Under the pieces are notes generated by a model. It searched no databases. It was not told where the DNA came from and saw only the letters and a program-made list of their open reading frames with translations. From an uncultured Gemmatimonadales bacterium (GTDB lineage Bacteria > Gemmatimonadota > Gemmatimonadetes > Palauibacterales > Palauibacteraceae), in contig CAWANJ010000002.1 of assembly GCA_963783385.1 (NCBI GenBank), forward strand, positions 20,908-84,907: DNA of 64,000 nt, read 5' to 3'. Shown here piece after piece: positions 39,476 through 47,974 of this stretch (positions within the stretch are counted from its first letter, which is position 1; every line of letters begins with the position of its first letter). A program made the translations under genes and the position numbers.

Positions 39476-40738
39476 CTACTGGCTTGAGCCGCTTCCGGAG
39501 GGCGCGAGCGGGCAACCCGAGCCGATGCAGACTTTGACGTGGTGGCTGGCGGTCGCCGTGTCGGGCGGAGAAACCGCAGTAAGATCCAGTGTGAAGCTCG
39601 TATCGTTAGCGTACACATAGCGTCTGTACGTGCTATCCGAGCCCACGCTCGAGCACGTCCCTCCGTCCGGGCAGAAGTCCCATGCATATGAGTAGCTCCC
39701 CGACCCGCCGCTAGGATTGGCCGACCACGTGTAGTTGCCTGCGGAGCTGATATAGCCGGTACCATTGATCCCAACGCTGAACGAGGGAACGTTGTGGTAG
39801 AGGTTCACCGTCGTGGCGGTATGGGTCGCGCTGAAATCACAGGATGGCGAAAGACCCGATGTTACATGGTTGTACCAGGTCGGAGAAAGACCGGTACCAT
39901 TGAGATCCTTGGTCGCAACGCCTGTGTAGAAGACCCCATTCTGCGGAAACTGACTGCATTGCGTCAGGCTGTAGACCTCGACGCCCCCCCCGCTTGCCCA
40001 GGTGTAGTTGTCGTTATCGTCCGCGGTCCAATCGGAGCGCGATCCTGTGATGACATCCACGAGAACGATGGTCCATGTGCAGGTCCCGTTCACGCAAGAG
40101 CTGGCCTGGACGCTACCATGGATGGAGTCCCCGGTAGTCGCCATGATGGTATCGCCGTGGAGACAGTCCGAGCCCGAGTTGCAGCGCCAAGAGGCCCCGC
40201 TCCAGAAGGAGCCGCCGTAGTCTCCGTTATACCCGTATTGGAGAACCGGTTGGATGATGTAGGAGCTGTTCTCAAGGCCTGGGAAGGTGTAGTAGACTTC
40301 CTGGCCGGAGTATGAGCCGCTGGGCTTTGCCGGCACCTTCCAGTCTGCGGTCAGCGTACCGAACGTATCGGACGAGAGCGTCGCCGAGTCCCACTCAAGC
40401 CAGCCGTTGAGGGACGGAGAGGCCACTGAATGCGAAGACCCCGCCCATTGCGGTAGGTTCGGGTGCGCTGGATGTGTACACGCGGGAAGTTGGAACGTCG
40501 AACCATCCGAACGTGTGACGCGCCCGTGAAGCCCGACGTGCGCGCCATTGGGAATCTGATGCACGCACGAACGGTCATACAATCCGGCGGGCGTGGCGAC
40601 ATAAGCGCCCTGACTTTCCATGGCTCCAAGGGACGCCCTAAGCCCCTTCGGTCCGGTGGGGTTCTTCTGATCCGAGCAGGCAACGGCCCCAAGCATTACG
40701 GCGATAACCAGTAGAGCTATGGGAGTTCGACCCTTCAT
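39476..40738 (-). CDS. hypothetical Cys/Gly/Ser/Trp-rich secreted lipoprotein (about 420 aa)
   Basis: From ATG 40738 the lipobox is MKGRTPIALLVIAVMLGAVAC. The N-terminal domain SCVHQIPNGAHVGLHGRVTRSDGSTFQLPAC is paralogous to the 38811 gene product. The large C-terminal region is rich in C, G, S, T, N, W and Y, suggesting a beta-sandwich carbohydrate-binding-like fold. About 60% GC. Confidence 0.55.
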   Translation of the reverse strand: MKGRTPIALLVIAVMLGAVACSDQKNPTGPKGLRASLGAMESQGAYVATPAGLYDRSCVHQIPNGAHVGLHGRVTRSDGSTFQLPACTHPAHPNLPQWAGSSHSVASPSLNGWLEWDSATLSSDTFGTLTADWKVPAKPSGSYSGQEVYYTFPGLENSSYIIQPVLQYGYNGDYGGSFWSGASWRCNSGSDCLHGDTIMATTGDSIHGSVQASSCVNGTCTWTIVLVDVITGSRSDWTADDNDNYTWASGGGVEVYSLTQCSQFPQNGVFYTGVATKDLNGTGLSPTWYNHVTSGLSPSCDFSATHTATTVNLYHNVPSFSVGINGTGYISSAGNYTWSANPSGGSGSYSYAWDFCPDGGTCSSVGSDSTYRRYVYANDTSFTLDLTAVSPPDTATASHHVKVCIGSGCPLAPSGSGSSQ

Positions 40739-40937
40739 GCCTGACCTCCCTCCGTGTTGCAGTCGGTCGCGTGCTGTGCGGCGATGTCGCTGCTCGTACC
40801 TCCTCAGCTTGCCATCGGTCATGCCGTATGTGTAACGTTTGAATTGAAGATTTGTGACAAACCCCGGGATCTGGTGGCGTTCAGATTCGGCGAAACTGCG
40901 TTGCGCTGGACCCCGGGGCAGCGGGAGGCTGGCTGGT

Positions 40938-41462
40938 GTGAACTACCGTGCCGCGTTTGCCCGGTACTACGAACCGCTCGTCCGCTACGCCTACACGCTG
41001 ATCGGAGACTCCGACCGGGCTGAGGATCTGGCCCAAGAAGCCTTTGCCCGACTGCTCGAGCAGGACCTTCCAGAGGCCAGCGTCCAGAGCTGGCTTTTCC
41101 GCGTAATCCGAAATCTCGTCCGAGACGGGACTCGCTCGCGGCGGCGGCGGCAGCGGCTACTCGCCGAGGCACGGCCGTACCACCGCCAAATCGACCCTCC
41201 TGATGTGGTGCTCGAGCGGAACGAGACCATTGAAAGGGTAAGCCGGGCGCTCTCGAAACTGCCGGAACGCGACCGCACGATGCTCCTCCTCCGACACCGG
41301 GGCTTCAGCTACGCCGAGATCGCCCAGCGCACAGGAGTAGCGCGAAGCTCGGTGGGGACGCTTCTGGCCCGAGCACTGCGCCGGTTCGAACGTGCCTATC
41401 AGAAGGGGAACGAGGATCGACCCGGCGACGCGGCCTCAAAAGCCGGAGGGAGCGTGGCATGA
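40938..41462 (+). CDS. ECF-type RNA polymerase sigma-70 family factor
   Basis: Region 2 (YEPLVRYAYTLIGDSDRAEDLAQEAFARLL...WLFRVIRNLVRDG) and region 4 (LPERDRTMLLLRHRGFSYAEIAQRTGVARSSVGTLLARALRRF). The GTG at 40938 follows a ggagg RBS. An alternative start is the ATG at 40854. Confidence 0.8.
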   Translation: MNYRAAFARYYEPLVRYAYTLIGDSDRAEDLAQEAFARLLEQDLPEASVQSWLFRVIRNLVRDGTRSRRRRQRLLAEARPYHRQIDPPDVVLERNETIERVSRALSKLPERDRTMLLLRHRGFSYAEIAQRTGVARSSVGTLLARALRRFERAYQKGNEDRPGDAASKAGGSVA

Positions 41463-42271
41463 CACTCAGGCCGACCGAGAGTGGCCACGTCTGTGACGGA
41501 ACGCTCATGGCTTTCCTCGATGAAGAGCTCAAGGCAGCGCAACGGGCCGCCGTGGGCCGCCATGTGCACGCGTGCCGTGCATGCGGCGAGCGGCTGGCAC
41601 GGCTGCGGACCGCGTCTAACCAGCTGTCTGGGGCGCTCCCAGCCCTGCACGACGATCCGGTCCTGCCAGCAGACGCCGTCTCCTTATCCCTGACTCCTCG
41701 CGCATTGACCGGGCGGCAGGGCCGGACGGGCCAAGCGCCGCGGAGTCGACGACGGCCCGTCAGCCCGCGTCGTCGGTGGCGGGCCGGTGTGTGGGCAGCA
41801 GCGCTGGTCGTTCTCTCCGCCGGAGCCCTGGCAGCTTTCCCCGGCTCCCCGGTGCACACCTGGCTGTCCCGGAAGCTAGGCGACCTGGCGCGAGGACAGT
41901 CGGCCGCCGCGCGTGGCTCTCCAACGCCGCCGCCGCCCGTGGTCTCCATCCTTCCCTACGAGGGATCGGTCACCGTACGACTCACCGGCACCACGTCCGC
42001 AACCCACGTCCATGTGCGGCTCGTGGCAGGCACCGAAGCCCGCGTCGAAGCGCCGGGCGCCACTTTCCGAGCGGGCCCTGGATTTGTAGACGTTTCGGAA
42101 GGGAGTGAAAGCGAACATATCACAATCGACCTCCCGCGAAGCGTCCGGTCCGCCCGCGTGGAAATCGACGGAAGGCTGGCGGTGATCAAGGATGGGGAGC
42201 TCCTCCGGCGTGTGGGAGCAGCCACGGGAACAAGCGACAGCTCCGTTGAGCTCGGGGGAGGAGTGCCATGA
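41459..42271 (+). CDS. zinc-finger (ZAS-type HxxxCxxC) transmembrane anti-sigma factor
   Basis: The start overlaps the sigma factor stop (ATGA). N-terminal HVHACRACGERL motif, a single TM helix AGVWAAALVVLSAGALAAF, and a periplasmic C-terminal domain. Confidence 0.65.
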   Translation: MTLRPTESGHVCDGTLMAFLDEELKAAQRAAVGRHVHACRACGERLARLRTASNQLSGALPALHDDPVLPADAVSLSLTPRALTGRQGRTGQAPRSRRRPVSPRRRWRAGVWAAALVVLSAGALAAFPGSPVHTWLSRKLGDLARGQSAAARGSPTPPPPVVSILPYEGSVTVRLTGTTSATHVHVRLVAGTEARVEAPGATFRAGPGFVDVSEGSESEHITIDLPRSVRSARVEIDGRLAVIKDGELLRRVGAATGTSDSSVELGGGVP

Positions 42272-42816
42272 CGCGGCTCCTCCTCGCGGTGCTGATCGTA
42301 CCGCTTCCGGCACGTCCAGCGCTTGGTGCGTGGTTGGAGGCGTCGACTGCGATGCGTTCCGTCTATGGGGGTCAGGGGAGCCTATCGACGCCACCGGCCG
42401 GTTCAGCCCCGTCAGCAGCCCACGCCGATACAACCGCAGGCAGTATCGCCGGGCGCCTATCCGCCAACGGAAGTGGCCCCCCGCTGGCCTCGGCGACCGT
42501 CGAGGCCCAGGGCCCGGGCGGCTCCCGCGTGATCCATGCGAACGTGGACGGCGTCTACCGAATCTTGGGACTCAAGCCCGGAGTGTGGTGGCTAAGCGCG
42601 CGCGCCCTCGACTACGCCTCGACGAAGGTCGCGGTTACACTTCCCGCGGGCGGCCACGTGAAGCTCAACCTCGCTCTTGACCTCCAGCCCGTAACTCTGC
42701 CGAGCCTGAAGGTCGCAGCAAAGCGCCGATGTGTCGGCGGCACGCTCCGCATTCGGGAATGGGAACCCGCTCGAAGCAGCGCAGGCGGCAGACCTCCTGA
42801 GCCTCAGCCCGGCTAG
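42268..42816 (+). CDS. CarboxypepD_reg-like domain protein, probably the N-terminal part of a TonB-dependent-receptor-like outer membrane protein interrupted by a frameshift
   Basis: Signal peptide MTRLLLAVLIVPLPARPALGA. CarboxypepD_reg domain GSIAGRLSANGSGPPLASATVEAQGPGGSRVIHANVDGVYRILGLKPGVWWLSARALDYASTKVAVTL. The start overlaps the anti-sigma stop. Its 3-prime end overlaps the next ORF in another frame. Confidence 0.5.
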   Translation: MTRLLLAVLIVPLPARPALGAWLEASTAMRSVYGGQGSLSTPPAGSAPSAAHADTTAGSIAGRLSANGSGPPLASATVEAQGPGGSRVIHANVDGVYRILGLKPGVWWLSARALDYASTKVAVTLPAGGHVKLNLALDLQPVTLPSLKVAAKRRCVGGTLRIREWEPARSSAGGRPPEPQPG

Positions 42817-44566
42817 CGCCTCCGCGACGGTTGACCTCTCCACAGCGGCACGCGGCGTCTTAGCTGGGGCGCCGCAGACGAAGGCGAGCACCCTCTTCAT
42901 GCCGGCGGCAGCGCGGAATGGCGGACGAGTCCTGCTGGACGGGGCGCCGGTTGTGGCTCCCGTGGAGCTTGCCGGACTCCTGTCACCTTTCCCGGCCGGG
43001 GTCTGGGGCACGGTACAGCTCGATCGGGCCGGCGCGCCCGTTCGTTTCGAGGCAGGCGGCATGGGCCTCCTCCGCCTCGACACCCGGGAGCCGAGAGGCC
43101 ACGCGATCCGAGCGTCCGGCTCCCTGGGGCAGCTGCAATCAACCCTGCAGGCTGCGGGTCCTCTAGGAGAGGGCGACTTCCTCGTCGGTGCCCGGGCGCT
43201 GAGCGCGGCCGGTTCCGCTTTTCCAACCGGCTCGAGAGGCTCATTGCCCTACGGGTACGCGGACGTGCTGGCCCGCCTGGACCTTCCGGCTGGCCCGGGC
43301 AGGGTGTCTGCGACGGGCTACTGGAACCGCGAGTCGCTCAGCGGCCCCGGATCGGCCAGCGCTTCGCTCCTGGCGTGGGGAAACACTGCAGGGTCCGTCC
43401 GCTATGTGGTACCTATCGGCCGGGGCGGCATGCGACTGAACGCGGCAGCCGGACGATTCCGGATCGCCGTGCCAGGGGGTAACGCAGAAGCCAAACTTCG
43501 GGAACACTCATTCGATGCACGAGCCGAGGCGGAGGTCTTTGGCCGCGCGGGTCCGGTGGACGTGACCGGCGGCCTCGCGTGGGACGGGGTGCGGCTGTCG
43601 CGCACGGCCCTCGACTCCGCCGATGGCGCGCCGCCCGTTCCTGGGGCCAACCTGGCGGGCGGCGTCGTATCACCCTATCTGGAGGTCAACGTCGACCTGA
43701 CCCCGGCCCTCTCTCTGCGAACCGGTCTGCGGGCCGAGGCCGCCAGCTACGGCGCCCTCGGCTGGGACCCAAGGGCCACTCTGGAGTGGCGTGCGGGACC
43801 CCGGCTATCCGTGTACGCAGCCGCCGGGCGTTCGCACCAGCTCGTGGAGCGTGAAAGCGTCACGGGCTGTGATCCGGCCTCAGGGGTTTGCGGAGCGAGC
43901 AGCCTGTTCCTCGACGGAGCAAGCCATGTGGCTGCCGGCTTCAAAGCCCGGCCGTCGGTCCCGTTGACCCTCGGCCTCGATATGTACTTGGCAAACTACG
44001 GGGAGGCCGTCACCGCTCTGCGGGCCAGGTCAATCGGAGCTGAGATCCGCGGAACGTGGCGAGGGGACGGCTGGAGCACGTGGCTCGACTACTCGCTGGC
44101 CAGCACCCGGTCGTCTGAGCCACTCGGGATCGGCGGCGGCGCAGCACAGTTGGAGCAGCGACTCCTCGCTGGCTTCTCCGCCGAGATTCCCCCGGCCATC
44201 CACGTGGCGCTCCGGCTCCGGGTGAGCGCCGGCTTACCATACACTCCCCTTCCGATAGTGGGCTCGACATCTTCCGCAGGTGCGGGGTCCGGATATCCCT
44301 GGCCCGTAATAAGTCCCCCGGGCTCCGGCGGACAGCCGTCCGCACTCGCACTGCCGGGATCATGGGCGCGGCTAGACGGAACGGTCTCTCGAAGCTGGCA
44401 CGCCCGCGTCTTCGGCGCCGACGTGATGCTCACTCCCTACCTTGAGGTCCTGAACGCCGCCGGAACAAGAGACGCGCCGTTCTACTGGAGCCGCTCCGGC
44501 GCTGCGCAGCGATCAATTGGTGCCGTGCCGCTCCTGGCGGCTGTCGGCGTGCGCTGGGGACTCTAG
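42731..44566 (+). CDS. outer-membrane beta-barrel (TonB-dependent receptor-like) C-terminal part
   Basis: 611 aa rich in G, S, A and aromatics with alternating beta-strand patterns and a C-terminal ...AAVGVRWGL (terminal aromatic then L). The plug-like N-terminus (NPLEAAQAADLLSLSPASA) follows the CarboxypepD_reg ORF in a different frame. Together they span 766 codons, the size of one receptor gene. Confidence 0.5.
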   Translation: MSAARSAFGNGNPLEAAQAADLLSLSPASASATVDLSTAARGVLAGAPQTKASTLFMPAAARNGGRVLLDGAPVVAPVELAGLLSPFPAGVWGTVQLDRAGAPVRFEAGGMGLLRLDTREPRGHAIRASGSLGQLQSTLQAAGPLGEGDFLVGARALSAAGSAFPTGSRGSLPYGYADVLARLDLPAGPGRVSATGYWNRESLSGPGSASASLLAWGNTAGSVRYVVPIGRGGMRLNAAAGRFRIAVPGGNAEAKLREHSFDARAEAEVFGRAGPVDVTGGLAWDGVRLSRTALDSADGAPPVPGANLAGGVVSPYLEVNVDLTPALSLRTGLRAEAASYGALGWDPRATLEWRAGPRLSVYAAAGRSHQLVERESVTGCDPASGVCGASSLFLDGASHVAAGFKARPSVPLTLGLDMYLANYGEAVTALRARSIGAEIRGTWRGDGWSTWLDYSLASTRSSEPLGIGGGAAQLEQRLLAGFSAEIPPAIHVALRLRVSAGLPYTPLPIVGSTSSAGAGSGYPWPVISPPGSGGQPSALALPGSWARLDGTVSRSWHARVFGADVMLTPYLEVLNAAGTRDAPFYWSRSGAAQRSIGAVPLLAAVGVRWGL

Positions 44567-44632
44567 GACGGAACGGCCCGTCGTCGAATCTGTCGGCTCG
44601 AACCTCAGGAAGGCGGCTCTCCCAATGAGAGA

Positions 44633-44672
44633 GCTCCGAGCTTCCGTTCGGAGCTTCCCGGCTGTGAGCCGG
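44633..44672 (+). terminator. tandem GC hairpins downstream of the receptor-like gene
   Basis: The 7-bp stem gctccga-gcttccgt-tcggagc is immediately followed by ccggc-tgtga-gccgg, 67 nt past the stop at 44566. Confidence 0.35.
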
Positions 44673-44959
44673 CACGAACGACGGTCGGGTCCGGTGTACA
44701 GAACAGCCTTCGGTTGCGCCGGTGCTTGCTCTCACCGGACTCAATCGCAACTACATCTAATCCGAAGCGACAGATACGAGATTCTCGGTACTCGCGAAGG
44801 TGCCAATCGTCGATCCTCCTGAATTGTCACTACGGAGTGCAGTTTCCGGGCAGTATTGGCACGGGGGAACCTCATGCACCGCCTGCAACGCCGCAGTCCC
44901 AACTGAGAATGGAAGCCAACCTCACGACAGTACTGGGCCCGAGCGGCGCGGACTGGCAC

Positions 44960-45494
44960 CACGAGGGCCACGCTCATCAACGCCATGGCCAGAATCTGAA
45001 TGGCACGCTTCCCGATACCCTACTCACCAAGGTGTCGAGCTCACACTCTCGATCAAGTCCTGTGAAATCGGAAACGTGTCAACTCGGAGGCGGTCCGAGC
45101 CGTACGGCCCCGACGCATTGCGAACCGACACCGCCGGGCTCCGCCCCTCAGCCCCCCGGCACCACCAGCCCGATCCCCTTCGAGGCCATGGCCGCGTTGA
45201 AGGCCGGCACGGTCGTGCCCACGAGCCGCTCGAAGTCGGCCCGCGCCTTCTCCAGCCGCCCTTCGAGGAGGTGGAAGACCTCGATGTCCTGCGTGGTGGG
45301 TGCGAGGTCGGGGCTCCCGGCCACGTCGCCCGCGCCGTCGCCCACCTCGCCGGCCAGCCACACGAGCTTGAGGTAGAGCTTCATCTCGGCCGGATACGTC
45401 TTGACGTCCCCGGCGGCCAGGTAGCGCTGGAACAGGAGGTCCTCGACGGCGAGCGCGCTGTCGTCCACGGCCCGGGCGGCCTCCATGACCGACA
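44960..45494 (-). repeat. displaced duplicate (about 88 to 90% identity) of 47975..48527: the 3-prime end of the BNR/sortilin-like gene plus its downstream intergenic region and the start of the next gene
   Basis: Colinear nucleotide similarity, for example ...TCATCAACGCCATGGCCAGAATCTGAATGGCACGCTTC... against ...TCATCAACGCCATAGCCAGAATCCAAATGGCTCGCTTC... Similarity continues through CGACGCATTGCGA...GGCCTCCATGACCGAC and ends abruptly at 45494. Confidence 0.7.
45148..45486 (-). pseudogene. truncated copy of the C-terminal ~110 codons of the BNR/sortilin-like protein (compare 48176..48514)
   Basis: The translation MEAARAVDDSALAVEDLLFQRYLAAGDVKTYPAEMKLYLKLVWLAGEVGDGAGDVAGSPDLAPTTQDIEVFHLLEGRLEKARADFERLVGTTVPAFNAAMASKGIGLVVPGG is near-identical to the C-terminus of ORF 48176..48919. 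No N-terminal part is present. Confidence 0.7.
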
Positions 45495-45740
45495 GGGAAG
45501 CTGCTCCTGGCCTACGGGACCACGGACGACAACGTGCCGCCCTACAACACGCTGCTCGTCGTGGACTCGCTCATCGCGGCGGGCAAGGACTTCGACCTCA
45601 TCGCGCTGCCCAACCGGCGGCACGGCTTCGGGGCCGAGCCCTACATGGTCCGCCGGCGGTGGGACTACTTCGTCCGAAACCTCCTGGGCGCCGAGCCCCC
45701 GCACGAGTTCCGGATCGGGGAGGAACGCGGGGAGGAGTAG
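45495..45740 (+). pseudogene. truncated copy of the last ~80 codons of the S9 peptidase gene (compare 38447..38693)
   Basis: The translation ...LLLAYGTTDDNVPPYNTLLVVDSLIAAGKDFDLIALPNRRHGFGAEPYMVRRRWDYFVRNLLGAEPPHEFRIGEERGEE matches the end of the S9 peptidase at 36330..38693. It is joined directly to the BNR-gene fragment at 45494/45495. Confidence 0.7.
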
Positions 45741-45776
45741 GATAGGATGTTCTGGTCTGCACCCGCTACGGAGCGT

Positions 45777-46607
45777 CTAGCCTGGAGGAGCGCCCGTATA
45801 GGATTTCAGCCAGAGGACGATGGCACCGCAGCGCATCGACACCTCGGTGGTCAGCTCGGGCGGAAGCTGGTCGGGCGGGTAGATCTCGACGGCGGTCACG
45901 TCGTACTTGGGGTAATAATCGGCGGGGCGCCCGGTCACGGTCTGGGCGCGGTTCCTGAGCCAGTCGGCTCGCCGACCATTCACAAAGTACTGGGGCTCGC
46001 AGTACTTGCCCAGCGGCCGACGCATCTTCGTGCCGGGGCCGTAGACGTTGCGGGTGGCCAGCAGCGTGCCCAGCTCACCGTGATAGCGCTCAATGTCCCG
46101 CTCCGTGACGAGCTGCCCTCGGCCCGCCGCCACGCGTCGCTCGAACCTTTCCAGTGCGCCGGGCGTTCCGCGCACAGTGGCCCGGAGCTCCTCTTGAGGT
46201 ATCGGCTTGACGGGAACTTCAATGTCGGCCGTGAGGGTCTCTCCGGGGCGCAGGGTGGTCCCACGCTGCACCGGGGCCGACCCGAGGAAGTCGACCTCGA
46301 TCGTGATCCGTCCCGGCTTCACGTCGGCGAACCGGTAGCGCCCATCCTTGCCGGTGAACGCAGTCCGCTCTCGATCGACAAGCTCCACCCGTGCCCCCTC
46401 GACCGGCGAGTGGAAGTCCGCTCGCGTGATCGTGCCCTGGACGACGGCTCCCGTGTCGATCGCCGCCTTCCAGCCTCCGATCGCGGCTCTCCGCGGCGCA
46501 CGGACGGCGCGCAGCGCGGGAGCGCCCGTGAGGATTATGCTGGCTACGGCGGCGACCGAAGCTATTCCGAGCGACGGCGACCAACTGGGGTGCCTCGGGA
46601 GCCTCAA
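45777..46607 (-). CDS. secreted CarboxypepD_reg-like domain protein
   Basis: Signal peptide MRLPRHPSWSPSLGIASVAAVASIILTGAPALRA. Domain VQGTITRADFHSPVEGARVELVDRERTAFTGKDGRYRFADVKPGRITIEVDFLG. A ~150-aa C-terminal region follows. Confidence 0.6.
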   Translation of the reverse strand: MRLPRHPSWSPSLGIASVAAVASIILTGAPALRAVRAPRRAAIGGWKAAIDTGAVVQGTITRADFHSPVEGARVELVDRERTAFTGKDGRYRFADVKPGRITIEVDFLGSAPVQRGTTLRPGETLTADIEVPVKPIPQEELRATVRGTPGALERFERRVAAGRGQLVTERDIERYHGELGTLLATRNVYGPGTKMRRPLGKYCEPQYFVNGRRADWLRNRAQTVTGRPADYYPKYDVTAVEIYPPDQLPPELTTEVSMRCGAIVLWLKSYTGAPPG

Positions 46608-47811
46608 GACCCCGCACCTTCAGCCTGCCCTGTGCCTCGGCCCGGGCCCGCGTTCAGCTCCGGCGCCAGGACCTGCAATCGCGTGTCTCCGGCCGAGGTC
46701 TGCACCACGCTGAAGGCGAGGCTGGTGCCGCAAACGCTCCCCAGCACCGAGTCGACGCGGCGCCGGGCCAGCACCCTGGGTGGTCCGGCGCCAGCGATGT
46801 CCAGCACCTCGACGATCGTGTCGAACTGGCCTCGGAAGAAGCGTGGGGAAGTCGGCTTTGGGTCCGCAGTCGCCCAGTGAGCGTCCGGAATCAGCGCATA
46901 CACCCAAAGTCGGCCCTGGTTGTCCAGCGCGAGCGCGTTCATCATGGCGGGAGGCGGACCCAAAGTATAGAGATCGCTGAGCCGCTTCGGCGAGAGGTCC
47001 TGTGTCGTGGGAAACCAGTCAGCGCGTCGAATTAGGACCCGCGTGACTGCACGGTCGTCGGACCAATGATAGAGTGCGTAGCGCCATAGGCCCGCGGCCC
47101 AAAAACCGCCCTGCTGATCGGGTGCGAGAATCCATTGGTCCAGCGGTCGTAGCCGGGACGATGGCTCCCCAAACGACGCAGGGTGTCCCCGGACGGATCG
47201 AGGAGTTCAAAGAGGCGCGTGTCGCCCTCGCTCGCTCCCAGCGGACGGCTGTGGACGAGGATGGTATCGGGCCCGATCAAGGCCAGGTCACTCACGGGTC
47301 GACGAGTGCGGAACAGATGGGCCACCCGGCCCGCCAATGTCAGGGTGACCATCCGTGCGTTCGAGTTGTCGGCCACATATAGCGTGTCCCCGCGGCCGAC
47401 CAGCACCCTTAGGTGCGAGCCAAATTCACGCGGTCCTGCCCCCGGGCCTCCAATGTCTCGAGAGAAGCGCCCGTGACGACTGTAGACGGCAAGCTGACCG
47501 CCTCCTACTATGGCGCTAACGACGAAGCGGCCCGATCCAAGCCGTCCAACGGAGCAGGCGCGGAACGGTGCGTCCGCCATGATAGAGGCCGGATCCTCGG
47601 AGCTCCCAAGTTGCACGACCGAATCCAACGTGATCGACCCGGCCAGCCGCTGTGCTGTTTCGACCAAGGCAGGCCTGACGTCCGTGTGGAAACGGCTGTT
47701 GCCAGGCTGTGTGTCAGGTGGTGTCGAACGACCACATGCGGTGGATAGTAGACTGAGGCCAGTCCCAGCAAGACAGAGAGCCCTCGGTCCCCTACAAATG
47801 AATCCGAGCAT
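46604..47811 (-). CDS. six-bladed beta-propeller-type lipoprotein (paralogue of 56434..57621), reading frame interrupted around 46963 to 47032; possible pseudogene
   Basis: N-terminal part ORF 47032..47811 (lipobox MLGFICRGPRALCLAGTGLSLLSTAC). C-terminal part ORF 46604..46963 in another frame. Both parts align with the intact 56434 gene (GGPGAGPREF against GDGPGEF, and LWVYALIPDA against DVWARRLLPDT). The combined length of 402 codons matches the paralogue. Confidence 0.55.
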
Positions 47812-47974
47812 TCCGCGAAGGATGCGGGCGCCTAGTGGGTGGGGTCTAGCAGATGTCTGGGCCCCGGAACTTCCTCCGGCCCTCCCACTCGGCGGCATGT
47901 AGATGTGGATGGGCAACCGCACTCTCCCGGGACGGCCCACCACTCGCGTCGTGAATCCCACTGAAATTCTAGGG

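Noticed and set aside
39476-40738. Possible eqolisin (peptidase G1/A4)-like fold for the large lipoprotein
   Set aside because: There is only loose pattern resemblance. No convincing catalytic Gln/Glu dyad context could be aligned by eye.
44585-44615. tRNA-like T-loop signature (TCGAACC) suggesting a tRNA or tmRNA gene as an island attachment site
   Set aside because: I could not fold a cloverleaf. There is no acceptor stem, D-arm or anticodon arm around it. It is probably a chance match in the intergenic sequence.
38726-47974. Integrase, transposase or other mobility gene that would explain the low-GC island and the duplicated gene ends
   Set aside because: None of the ORFs on either strand resembles a recombinase. 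The duplicated 3-prime fragments are better explained by a tandem duplication than by an att-site insertion.
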